Positions 1 through 9,656 of a DNA stretch of 64,000 bases are shown here, piece after piece. The translations under genes were made by a program, and so were the position numbers. The notes under the pieces are model-generated. The model saw nothing but the letters and a program-made list of their open reading frames with translations, made no database searches and was not told the origin of the DNA. Each line of letters opens with the position of its first letter. The first letter of the stretch is position 1. Origin of the DNA: an uncultured Thermodesulfobacteriota bacterium (GTDB taxonomy: Bacteria > Desulfobacterota > B13-G15); contig CAZIZI010000002.1 of the NCBI GenBank assembly GCA_964543765.1, positions 11,153 to 75,152 of the forward strand, written 5' to 3'.

Positions 1-2
1 AT

Positions 3-479
3 AACAAAATCCAGGTTTTGGTCTCAACAACTGTGATCGAGGTTGGGATTGATGTGCCCAACGCTACGGTGATACTTGTGGAAGAGGCTCAAAGGTTTGG
101 TCTTGCTCAGTTACATCAGTTAAGGGGACGAGTTGGAAGGGGGCCTTACCCTTCTTATTGTCTTCTTGTTGCCCGAGGTCAACTCAGTGAAGAAGCGGAG
201 AAAAGGCTAAACTTTATGAAAGAAAACCGGGATGGCTTCAAAATAGCCGAAGCGGACCTCATTTTGAGGGGGCCTGGAGAAATATTGGGTACGAAACAAT
301 GGGGTATACCCAAATTTAAAGTAGTAGAACTTCCTCGAGATTTAGATCTCTTTTTCCTCGCAAGAAGAGAGGCGTTTAAATTAGTCCAGCAAGATCCAAC
401 TCTTCAGAGGCACAAAGCTCTACGGGATATTGTCATTAAAAGACTGGGAGAAAGGTTAGCTTTTGTAAATATAGGTTGA
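3..479 (+). CDS. recG: ATP-dependent DNA helicase RecG, C-terminal fragment (gene starts upstream of window)
   Basis: Frame-3 translation from nt 3 gives helicase motif VI-like ...[39 protein letters not shown]... and a RecG-type C-terminus. Confidence 0.65.
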   Translation, partial: NKIQVLVSTTVIEVGIDVPNATVILVEEAQRFGLAQLHQLRGRVGRGPYPSYCLLVARGQLSEEAEKRLNFMKENRDGFKIAEADLILRGPGEILGTKQWGIPKFKVVELPRDLDLFFLARREAFKLVQQDPTLQRHKALRDIVIKRLGERLAFVNIG

Positions 480-526
480 ATTAATTTGCCTATTTGTGAT
501 ATCTTTCTCAAAAAAAGGAGGGAGCC

Positions 527-1306
527 ATGACTCACCATTATCAAAACATTTTATATGAAATAAAGGATCAGGTTGCTAGAATCGTGATTAACAGGCCTCC
601 TTATAACGTGTTAGATATACCCACAATGCGCGAGATGGTAGATGCTTTAAAGGATGTAAGGGCTCGTCAGAAGGAGGTGAAGGTTCTGCTTATTACCAGT
701 GCAGGTGAGAAGGCCTTTTCCACTGGTGTGGACGTGAAGGATCATATGGGTGACAAGATGGAAGAGATGTTAGAGGTCTTTCATGATATTTTTCGAGTTA
801 TGGCGACCCTGGAGATTCCTACGGTGGCGGCGGTGAGGGGACACGTATTAGGAGGAGGTTGTGAGGTGGTTATGTTCTGTGATATGGTAATAGCCAGCGA
901 ATCGGCCAAGCTCGGACAGCCCGAGATAAAAGTAGGGGTTTATCCTCCGGTTGCGAATTCTTATTTGCCGAGGATTATACCGATGAAAAAGGCCATGGAG
1001 TTAATCCTTACCGGTGACGTGATCTCGGCCAGAGAAGCCGAAAAGTTGGGTCTCGTTAACGTGGTGGTACCCGATGATAAGTTTGAGGAAGAGGTGGAGA
1101 AGTTCCTTAAGAGGCTTACTGAAAAGAGCGGAATAGTGTTGAGGATTACCAAGAGGGCCATTTTAGCCAGTTTAAATGTTGATTTTGAAACCGCCCTTCA
1201 AAATAACGAATTGATTTATAAATACGCCTTGATGAAGACCCATGATGCTAATGAAGGACTTGAAGCATTTGTGCAAAAGAGGCAGCCACAATGGAAGAAC
1301 GAGTAA
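527..1306 (+). CDS. enoyl-CoA hydratase/isomerase (crotonase) family protein
   Basis: 259 aa. Crotonase-fold motifs (AAVRGHVLGGGCEV, oxyanion-hole region). RBS aaaggaggg upstream of the ATG. Confidence 0.85.
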   Translation: MTHHYQNILYEIKDQVARIVINRPPYNVLDIPTMREMVDALKDVRARQKEVKVLLITSAGEKAFSTGVDVKDHMGDKMEEMLEVFHDIFRVMATLEIPTVAAVRGHVLGGGCEVVMFCDMVIASESAKLGQPEIKVGVYPPVANSYLPRIIPMKKAMELILTGDVISAREAEKLGLVNVVVPDDKFEEEVEKFLKRLTEKSGIVLRITKRAILASLNVDFETALQNNELIYKYALMKTHDANEGLEAFVQKRQPQWKNE

Positions 1307-2076
1307 TCACCGTAGGCATTGATGTGGGATCTATCACTACTGAAGCCCTTGTTTATGAACCACAAAGGGGAATCCTCGGGTATTCGATACTTCTTACCGG
1401 GGGTTCGAGTTATGAAGCGGCTTCTTTAGCTTTAGAAAAGGCTTTGATATTTTCAGGGATTAAGAGGGATGAGGTTAAGAGGATAGTAGCTACCGGTGCT
1501 GGACGAGGGATAGTTGATTTTGCTCACAAAAAAGTCACGGAGATAACTTGTTTGGCCCGAGGGGTTCATCACCTCTTTCCGGAAGCGAGGACCGTCATTG
1601 ACATTGGCGGACAGGATACCAAGGTTATAAGGATTAATGAAAAAGGGCAAGTCGTGGAGTTTGATATGAACGACAAATGTGCCGCGGGGACCGGCCGGTT
1701 TTTAGAAGTTATGGCAAGAGCTTTAGGAGTAGAACTTGATAAAATGGGAGAGATATCCCTTCGGGCCAAAAAGGACTTAAGCATATCCAGCATATGCACC
1801 GTTTTTGCTGAAAGTGAAGTAGTCTCGCTGGTCTCTCAAGGCGAACAGGTAGAGGAAATACTCCGAGCAGTTCATAAGGCCATAGCGAAAAGAACCGTTG
1901 GGCTCCTGGAGCGCATAGGTGGAGCCAACCCCCAAGTGGTGATGACCGGAGGTGTGGCGAAGAATATTGGCGTTGTGAGGGCATTGGAAGAAGAGATCAA
2001 AATGCCTTTGACGGTTTACTTTGAGCCACAGATAGTATGCGCTTTGGGAGCCGCCCTTTTGGCCCAAGAGGCTTAA
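1291..2076 (+). CDS. CoA-substrate-specific enzyme activase (BadF/BadG/BcrA/BcrD / HgdC family ATPase)
   Basis: 261 aa. N-terminal ITVGIDVGSITTEALV actin-like ATPase motif and DKCAAGTGRFLE, as in HgdC/BcrAD activators. Overlaps the crotonase gene by 16 nt. Confidence 0.8.
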   Translation: MEERVITVGIDVGSITTEALVYEPQRGILGYSILLTGGSSYEAASLALEKALIFSGIKRDEVKRIVATGAGRGIVDFAHKKVTEITCLARGVHHLFPEARTVIDIGGQDTKVIRINEKGQVVEFDMNDKCAAGTGRFLEVMARALGVELDKMGEISLRAKKDLSISSICTVFAESEVVSLVSQGEQVEEILRAVHKAIAKRTVGLLERIGGANPQVVMTGGVAKNIGVVRALEEEIKMPLTVYFEPQIVCALGAALLAQEA

Positions 2077-2077
2077 G

Positions 2078-3004
2078 ATGTTTTTAAAAAGGCTCAAGGA
2101 AAGGCTTTCAAAGTCACAGATGAACTTTTTTAATAAACTAAAAGGAGTTTTAAATTCTTCTCGAGTCTTAAATGCCCATCTATGGGAGGAGCTTGAGGAA
2201 ATCCTCATCGAATCGGATATAGGGGTTAAAGCCACGCAGGAGCTTATAAAAGAGCTTCAAGAGGAGGCGAGGAAAAGAGGCATAAAAGAAGTCTCCGAGC
2301 TTTATGAGGTTTTGAGGGGACTTTTGATCAAGCTGTTAAAGCCCTATGAAGCCCCCTTTGAACTTAAGGATAGGAAAAAACCGATGGTTGTACTCTTTGT
2401 AGGGGTAAACGGGGTTGGGAAAACCACCACCTTGGCCAAATTAGCCTATAGGTACACTTCACAAGGCAAAAAGGTGATGGTGGCTGCAGGTGACACCTTT
2501 CGAGCAGCTGCTATTGAGCAATTGGAGATATTGGCCAAACGGGCTGGAGCTTCCCTTATAAAACACCAACCAGGTTCTGATCCCGCTGCGGTAACTTATG
2601 ATGCTCTTTCTTCAGCAATGTCAAAGGGCTATGATTTGCTTTTGATAGATACAGCTGGAAGGCTCCATACGAAGGAAGGGCTCATGGAGGAGGTCAAAAA
2701 GATAAAAAGGGTTTTGAGGAAGATAGATCCCGAATTCCCTCAAGAGACCCTGCTTGTCCTTGATGCCACAAATGGTCAAAATGCCCTCATTCAAGCCAAG
2801 ACCTTTCATCAAGAAGTAGGTATTGACGGGATTGCCCTTGCCAAATTGGATGGTACTGCAAAGGGGGGTATAATCGTAGCAATTGCAAAAGAGCTCGGCC
2901 TTCCCATAAGATTTATAGGGATAGGGGAAGACCTTGAAGACTTAACGGATTTCTCAGCTGAAGCCTTTATAAAGGCGCTTTTGCCTACCTTTAACGGTAA
3001 TTGA
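2078..3004 (+). CDS. ftsY: signal recognition particle receptor FtsY (short form, NG domain only)
   Basis: 308 aa. [11 protein letters not shown]-loop, DTAGR and LDGTAKGG motifs of SRP GTPases. Start is 2 nt after the upstream stop. Confidence 0.9.
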   Translation: MFLKRLKERLSKSQMNFFNKLKGVLNSSRVLNAHLWEELEEILIESDIGVKATQELIKELQEEARKRGIKEVSELYEVLRGLLIKLLKPYEAPFELKDRKKPMVVLFVGVNGVGKTTTLAKLAYRYTSQGKKVMVAAGDTFRAAAIEQLEILAKRAGASLIKHQPGSDPAAVTYDALSSAMSKGYDLLLIDTAGRLHTKEGLMEEVKKIKRVLRKIDPEFPQETLLVLDATNGQNALIQAKTFHQEVGIDGIALAKLDGTAKGGIIVAIAKELGLPIRFIGIGEDLEDLTDFSAEAFIKALLPTFNGN

Positions 3005-3005
3005 G

Positions 3006-3479
3006 ATGAAAAAGACCCTTGAAGACGCAAAAAAAATAGTGGCTCAGAACAGAAAAGCCCGGAGCCAATATTTTATCGAAGAGACATACGAGGCTGGAAT
3101 AGTGCTACAGGGGTCTGAGGTCAAGGCCCTCCGAGAGGGAAGAGCGAGTCTAAAAGACGGATATGCTCAGATAGAGAACGGGGAAGTTTATCTTTTAAAC
3201 GTTCATATAAGCCCTTATGCCCACGGGAATCGATTCAATCACGATCCCTTAAGGCCCAGGAAATTGCTTCTTCATAAAAGGGAGATAAAAAAAATTATAG
3301 GAAAGGTCCAACAAAGAGGGTATACCCTGATACCTTTGAGCATTTACTTTCGGCAAGGAAAAGCGAAGGTGGAACTGGCTTTAGCCAGAGGTAAGAAAGT
3401 ATACGATAGGCGAGAAGAACTGAAACGAAAAGCCCTTGAAAAGGAGTTTGAAAGGGATTATAAAAGATTTAAGCTCTAA
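3006..3479 (+). CDS. smpB: SsrA-binding protein SmpB
   Basis: 157 aa with the typical SmpB sequence. Sits immediately 5' of the tmRNA gene (classic smpB-ssrA linkage). Confidence 0.9.
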   Translation: MKKTLEDAKKIVAQNRKARSQYFIEETYEAGIVLQGSEVKALREGRASLKDGYAQIENGEVYLLNVHISPYAHGNRFNHDPLRPRKLLLHKREIKKIIGKVQQRGYTLIPLSIYFRQGKAKVELALARGKKVYDRREELKRKALEKEFERDYKRFKL

Positions 3480-3484
3480 GAAAG

Positions 3485-3832
3485 GGGGGCGAAAAGGGTT
3501 CGACGGGGGTAAGGAGAAAGGAGAAAGCATGCCGAGGTCCCACTCCTCGTTAAACAGTGGGGTAAACACAAGTGCCGACTCTTATGAGTATGCCTTGGCT
3601 GCCTAAGTAGCAGCCACGTCCTATGAGATTAGCTCATGGGTCTCATAGGGCGTTATGAACATGAGCTAAGCCCTTGCTGAGGCTCATAGGCAAGGGTGAT
3701 ACTAGATGAGCTAGTCAAGAAGCAGTCCTGCCTGTGGGACGCTTCTTGGCGAAAGTTAAACACAGGCTAAGCATGTAGATGTCCCTTTCGAATTACCCTC
3801 GGACGCGGGTTCGATTCCCGCCGCCTCCACCA
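3485..3832 (+). ncRNA. ssrA: tmRNA (ssrA), ~348 nt. The tag ORF GCC GAC TCT TAT GAG TAT GCC TTG GCT GCC TAA (3574-3606) encodes A-D-S-Y-E-Y-A-L-A-A.
   Basis: 5' GGGGGCG...GGUUCGACGGGG and 3' GGACGCGGGUUCGAUUCCCGCCGCCUCCACCA (tRNA-Ala-like acceptor/T-arm with G3:U wobble and CCA). Internal ...YALAA* tag reading frame. Confidence 0.9.
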
Positions 3833-3913
3833 AATTTATCGTTGACGAAATATTCTTAAAATTGTTAAATATTGCCAATGGATTTTCCTAAAATCGAACG
3901 TTTTTGAAAAAAA

Positions 3914-3940
3914 CTTTCTCCTGAGGAGAAAGAATTTTTA
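3914..3940 (+). terminator. rho-independent terminator downstream of ssrA
   Basis: Perfect 8-bp stem ctttctcc/ggagaaag with a 3-nt loop, followed by aattttta. Confidence 0.6.
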
Positions 3941-3967
3941 CTATTTTTTCTTTTCCTTCCCAAACCT

Positions 3968-6935
3968 GTGACAATAGATTTGCTCAGTTCAGCCACCGGT
4001 ATTCTAGTAACTCGTATTTTGAACGTGATGGAAAAATTTAAAAGGAGGGGGTTTGTCCTTGAAAGGAAAGATTTAGGGCGAGGAGTATATGCGATTAAGG
4101 ATTCTTTGAGATGGAGGGAAGCGAAAGACTCACTCTCTTCTGAAGAATTTTCCCTGTTTGTGGAGCGTTTGACAAATTTTTATGAGCAGAAAGATACAAG
4201 AGACGAAGAAACGAAAATAATTTTAGCAGAGTTATATAAATACACTTCGATTAACTTAGAACGTTTAGAGATTATAAAAGAAGTAGCCGATTTGTTTAAT
4301 AAAGGTCCTAATAAATTAAAAGCTGTTGAATACTATGATTGCATTATTAAATATTTTGAAAAGAAAGAACCTCGTACCGAAAAAGAAATTGAGCTATTTC
4401 TGGAAAGTATTATAGCAAAAACTTTTACATTGATGCATAAAATGGCAGCTCAACAGCAGATTGACCTATTAAAAAAAGCAAAAGATATAGCGGAGAAAAA
4501 TAATCTTTTTGAGAAGTTAGCTTTAATAAGCTTACGTTTAGCGAGAGCTTACCAGGATCTTGGTTTATATCAGGAATCTTCCAAATTTATTGAAAAATTC
4601 ATCCGGTTCTCAAAATATATTGAAGATATTAAACGTATAAAGTTGGCTTCCCATTGTTTGAGTGAATATTATGTTTGGAAAGGCAGATTTAAAGAAGCTA
4701 TCAGTTGTTATGAAAAACTAATAGGCAATATTGAAGAGTTCGAAGATGATGATAACGCTCTTATGGCAACACAGTTAATAGGTTTTACTCATGTGTTATG
4801 TGGTAGAGTTTCCCGTGGATTAGGAATGATTGAGGCAGTGATGAACAAGGCCCGCAGCTTAGGTTATGAACAAGTTGTTAATTATTGTCATCAAGCATAT
4901 GCCATATCTTTTTTAACATTACAAAAAATTGAGGAAGCGAAACCCCATGTTGAGGTTCTTTTGTCGTTTCCGGAAGAGGTTTTGGGTGACATTCTCTATT
5001 GGGCTGTTCTGATTCACAAGGCTTACATTTTGTGTCTTGAAGGGGATTTGGAGAGTTCATTTTCGCTTTTGAAAAAGGCGATGGAGTTTCAATTTAAGAA
5101 AAACAGAATTTTTACTCCCTATCCGTGGCTGTTTGAGACAGTTCGCATCTTGGAGAGCAAAGGTTTTTGGGATCAGGATATAAATTTGGAGAGGATGATT
5201 CAGCGCTTTATGGAACTGGATGATGTTTATATTCGTGGTGTAGTCCTGCGATATAGGGGTTTAAAATTTTTAGAAAATGGAGATGAGCGAGCTTTAGGTT
5301 GTCTTCTGAGCAGTGAAAGGTATTTGAGATATGTCGGGGCGGAGGTGGAATTAGCTAAAACAAGACTCTGGTTGGGCAAGTATTATCTGGCTAAAAATGA
5401 GGTAAAGAAGTCAAAACCTTACTTAGAAAAGGCGTGGGAGGTATTTTCTGCAGTTCAATCATCCCTTTTCCCTCCAGAGTTAATAAGTTTAGTTTCTCCT
5501 CAACAACACGCTCAAGCGATTATCAATAGAATAATAAAACTCACCGAAAACCTGGGAGGCGGTAAAGATGCCCTTTCTTTTTTGGAAGAGGTTTTAAACA
5601 CAGCCATGGATATTACCTTAGCTATGAGGGGTAGCATTTTGAGAAATATTCAGGAGGATTTGACCATTATAGTGAGCAGAAATGTATATCCCGAGACATT
5701 TTGGCAGGTGGTTTTAAAACTTATTTGATGGAGGCCGTTTTAAGAGGAGCGGAGGTTGTGAAGAGGGCGAAGGAGAGCGAGAAGGGCCCCTTTTTGATCA
5801 TACCAATGAAAGTTAGTGGTAAAAGTTGGGGATGTCTTTACTTGGAAGGAAGGGTTGATAACGAGGATTTTTCGCCTGATATTGTTCTGTTTGTAAAGAT
5901 GTTATGTGTTCAAGCAGCATTGGTTTTAAATGCTCTAACCTTACAAGAAGAGTTTGAGAAACAGCAACAAATCCTGACTCCTGAATTTCCTGAGGATGAA
6001 ATTTCCATAATCGGAGAATCGCCAGCTATAAAGAGGGTAATAGAACAAATAAAACAAGTAGCACCAACGGATGCAACGGTTTTAATTTTAGGAGAAACGG
6101 GCGTTGGAAAAGAGCTTGTAGCGCGTACTATACACGCTAAAAAGTACTCGGAGAAATGGGCCTTTTATAGCGGTTAACTTAGCTGCTATTCCCCAAGAGC
6201 TTATCGCGAGTGAGCTTTTTGGCCATGAGAGGGGAGCTTTTACAGGGGCTTATGAAAGGCAAAGAGGATTACTCGAACTTGCAGACGGGGGGACTGTGTT
6301 TTTTGATGAGATCGGAGATTTGCCGTTGGCAATTCAAGTAAAACTCCTAAGAGTGTTAGAGGAAGGGGTTTTTACAAGGCTTGGAAGTGCAAAACCTATA
6401 AAATCGAATTTTCGCATTATTGCTGCTACGAACAAGAATTTGGGGGAAGAAGTAAAAAAGGGTAACTTTAGACAAGATCTTTTTTATAGGTTAAATGTGT
6501 TTCCCATTTATATTCCCCCTTTAAGAGAGAGGAAGGAGGATATAATTCCGCTTGCTTTTTATTTTTTAAAAAGTTTAGCGAAAAGTATGGCAAAAAATCC
6601 GAAACATTTCCAATTTAGAATTGAGCAAATTATTAAATTATCATTGGCCGGGAAATGTAAGAGAATTGAAGCACGTCATCGAAAGAGCTGTTATTTCATC
6701 CAGCGGTTCAACTATAAACTTTGTATTTGATATTTCTTTGAATAAAACACAAGTCGAATCAAAGGAGGTTGTAAAAACCCTCGCCGAAATAGAAAAGGAG
6801 CATATAGAAAAGGTTTTGAGTTTGACCGGTTGGCGCGTGAGTGGCACGAAAGGAGCGGCTAATTTATTAGGAGTAAAACCCTCCACTCTTAGATTTAGAA
6901 TGAAAAAACTAGGTATAACACGTCCTTGCGTTTAA
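3968..6935 (+). pseudogene. sigma-54-dependent transcriptional activator with a long N-terminal TPR-like helical sensor, GAF, AAA+ and Fis-type HTH domains. Interrupted by at least 3 frameshifts (ORF pieces 3968-5728, 5701-6177, 6296-6730, 6621-6935).
   Basis: The GAF domain is split across the 3968 and 5701 ORFs. AAA+ motifs: GESPAIKRV...GETGVGKEL / (frameshift) / [11 protein letters not shown]...[13 protein letters not shown]...[14 protein letters not shown]...VRVIAATN / (frameshift) / [19 protein letters not shown]-terminal HTH AANLLGVKPSTLRFRMKKLGI. Restoring one A in gagaaatggg gives ...[11 protein letters not shown]. Confidence 0.75.
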
Positions 6936-7005
6936 AATTTAAAAAATTTGGCAAAATTTTGCGCCTTTTTTAAATTACCAGGAATTAAAGGATAAAAATT
7001 TTATG

Positions 7006-7020
7006 TGGCACGATTGTTGA
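7006..7020 (+). promoter_or_regulatory. candidate sigma-54 (-24/-12) promoter for the 7061 operon
   Basis: TGGCACGattgTTGA matches TGGCACG-N4-TTGC spacing with a C-to-A change at -12. Lies ~40 nt upstream of ATG 7061 and its RBS aaggcggaaggagg. The 12-bp palindrome gcaaaattttgc at 6951-6962 is a possible activator site. Confidence 0.45.
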
Positions 7021-7060
7021 TAATTCTTCGTGTAAAGTAAGGCGGAAGGAGGTTTTCCTT

Positions 7061-9649
7061 ATGCAAAAATATAGAAAGCTTCTTGAACCCCATTATATAG
7101 GGAAGGTAAGGACGAGAAATCGCATTATAAAAACTGGTGCGGCCATGAACTATTGGCATAAGGATGATACGAAGATGGACCCTAAGGCTCTATCCTTTTA
7201 CGAAAATCTTGCCCGAGGAGGTGTTGGTCTTCTTGTGGTGGAGTCGCCTATTGTGGATTATCCCTTGGGAGGCCGATGGTCCAATAGGTATAGATTGGAT
7301 GAAGACATTTTTATCGAAGGAATGGCCCAACTTGTAGAGGTTATGCACAAGCACGGTTGTCCTACTTTCATGTTAATGTGGCACGATGGGCCTTGGCAAA
7401 ATCCCTTATTTCCGGATGTTCCTCCCTTATACGATGGTCCCCCCGTAGGTTCGTATCCCTTAAACCTTCCTACTCCGCTTGATTTCCATAGGGACATCCC
7501 TAGGCAGTTAAGTGTTGCGGAGATAGAGGACATTATAGATAAATTCGCATCCGCTGCCCTTAGAGCCAAAAAGGCTGGATTTGATGGAGTGGAGATAAAT
7601 GCGGCAAGTAGTCATCTTTTTCATAATTTTCTCTCGCCCTTTTGGAATCGAAGAGAAGATGAATATGGAGGTAATACCGAAAACAGAGCAAGGATTTTAA
7701 TCAGAACGGTAAAGGAAATCAAAAACAGAGCAGGTAAGGATTTCCCGGTTTCAGTCATTATAAACGCCATAGAGATGGGAAGGGCTTTGGGAATGGATGA
7801 TAATCAATGTCTTACCTTTGAAGAGGCAAAGAAAATAGCCCTTCTTTTACAGGAGGCAGGGGTTGATGCTATCCATGTGCGAAGTCATTGGCTCGGGTAT
7901 CACGTAGGCGGGTTTTTACCAGATTATCTCTTTTACCCGGAGCCACCTGTTAGGAAGTTTCCGGAGCTCTATAATTGGAGGGAGAGAGGAAGAGGAGCTA
8001 ACATTTATTTGGCAAAAGAATTAAAGAAAATCTTATCCATTCCCATCATAGTTGTGGGTAAGATCGATCCTCCGCTTGGAGAACAAATTCTTCAACGGGG
8101 TTACGCTGACTTTATAGCGATGAATCGGCGACTTCTCGCTGATCCAGAACTTCCTCGAAAATTGGCTGAAGGAAGAGAGGATGAAATAGCTCCCTGTACT
8201 GCCTGTGGAACTCGTTTGGATCAAAGCAAAGGGATGCAAAGGCGGTGTAGGATAAACGCCACAATGGGCAAAGAAGAGTTCCTTATTAAAAAAGCCGAGA
8301 AGAAAAAAGAGTTCTCATTGTGGGAGGAGGGCCTGCGGGAATGGAAGCATCAAGAGTAGCGGCTTTAAGAGGACATGAGGTGATATTGGTGGAAAAGGAA
8401 AATAGGTGGGTTATTGCCCTTAGCTTCCTTGATAAAAGGATTAGAAATAGAGGATTTGTCAGCTATAATAAAGTACTACAAAATAACTTTAAAAAATTAG
8501 GAGTTAAAATAATCACAAAAAAGGAAGCTGATACAAATTTCGTTAGCACTATAAAACCAGACGTAATCATTTTAGCATGTGGTGGTAAATTTCGGACTCC
8601 AGAAACTATTACTTCAAAAAAGAAAAAGATTATAACTGCTCCAGAACTTCATAAAAAAAGCGAAAATATTCCTTAGAATATTCGGCCCCAGATTTTTAGG
8701 ATGGTTAACAAGGTTTTGGCTCCCTATGGGCAAAAAGGTTGCCATAGTCGGAGGATCACTTCAAGGATGCGAGCTTGCAGAGTTTCTCGTGAAAAGGAAT
8801 AGAGAGGTTACAATAATTGAAGAATCAGGAAAAATAGGGGAAGGAGTAGTTGATTTTCGTTTAGCTTTACTATTGGATTGGTTCTCAAAAAAGGGAGTAA
8901 AGATTTACAAAAATGCAAAAGTCGAAGAAATTAATGATGAAGGTGTTGTAATAAATCAAAATAATCAGCAGATATTAGTTCCTGCTGATACGATTATTAT
9001 ACTTTCTCCTTTATTACCAAATATCGAATTATACAATTCATTTAAAAGATATGTAAAAGAAATATACGCTATAGGTGATTGTAAAGAACCAAGTTTAATA
9101 GTTGATGCAATACACCAAGCTTGGGAAATTGTAAGACATACCATGACCATAGAAGATCTTCAAAGAAAAATAGTAGAACTTGAACAAAAAATAAAAGAAT
9201 TAGAAAGTAGAGTTCAGATTTTAGAGGATATTAATGAGATAAAAGAACTACAACGTCGATATGTAGATGCTTTAATATGCACTGAATGGGATGAATGTGC
9301 TGAATGTTTTTCGGAGGATGCGGTAGTTGATGTATACTTGCATAAACCTGTGCATGGAAAGGAAAATATTCGTCGGTGGTTTAAAGAAGAACTTTCCAAA
9401 ACTCATGCAGGGAAAGAGGGAGATTTTGTAGTGCATCCCATTGTAAAGGTTGAAGGTGATAAAGCCAAAGGAAGGTGGTTGCTTTATATGATGTACATGT
9501 ATCCGCGGACAGGTCAATCATTGTTTTGGGTTCAGGGGTATTACAAAAACGAATATGTGAGGGAAAAAGGGAAATGGAAGATAAGCCTTATGACTTGGAC
9601 TGAGCGTTTAGGATTACCTGGAGGAGGTCCCCCTACTGGTCTTTGGTAA
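7061..9649 (+). pseudogene. NADH:flavin oxidoreductase (OYE TIM-barrel + 4Fe-4S + FAD/NAD(P) domains, as in 2,4-dienoyl-CoA reductase or BaiCD/BaiH enoate reductases) fused to a C-terminal coiled coil and a SnoaL/NTF2-like domain. Fragmented into ORFs 7061-8359, 8320-8676 and 8726-9649.
   Basis: OYE motifs in the first ORF. GGGPAGMEAS FAD-binding GxGxxG at 8320. Second Rossmann GKKVAIVGGSLQGCELAEFL at 8726. NTF2-like C-terminus (RRYVDALICTEWDE...GKWKIS). Lesions: A6 run ~8296-8301, in-frame TAG 8674-8676, A5 run ~8730-8735. Confidence 0.75.
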
Positions 9650-9656
9650 TGGTGAG

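Noticed and set aside
1453-2235. Antisense ORFs (1453-1650, 1569-1799, 1709-1984, 1777-2235 minus) inside the activase gene, and similar antisense ORFs throughout (e.g. 961-1161, 46270-47854 region, 33723-34016, 54069-54422)
   Set aside because: Embedded opposite strong, conserved-domain genes. No RBS, and low-complexity or unfamiliar translations. Typical shadow ORFs.
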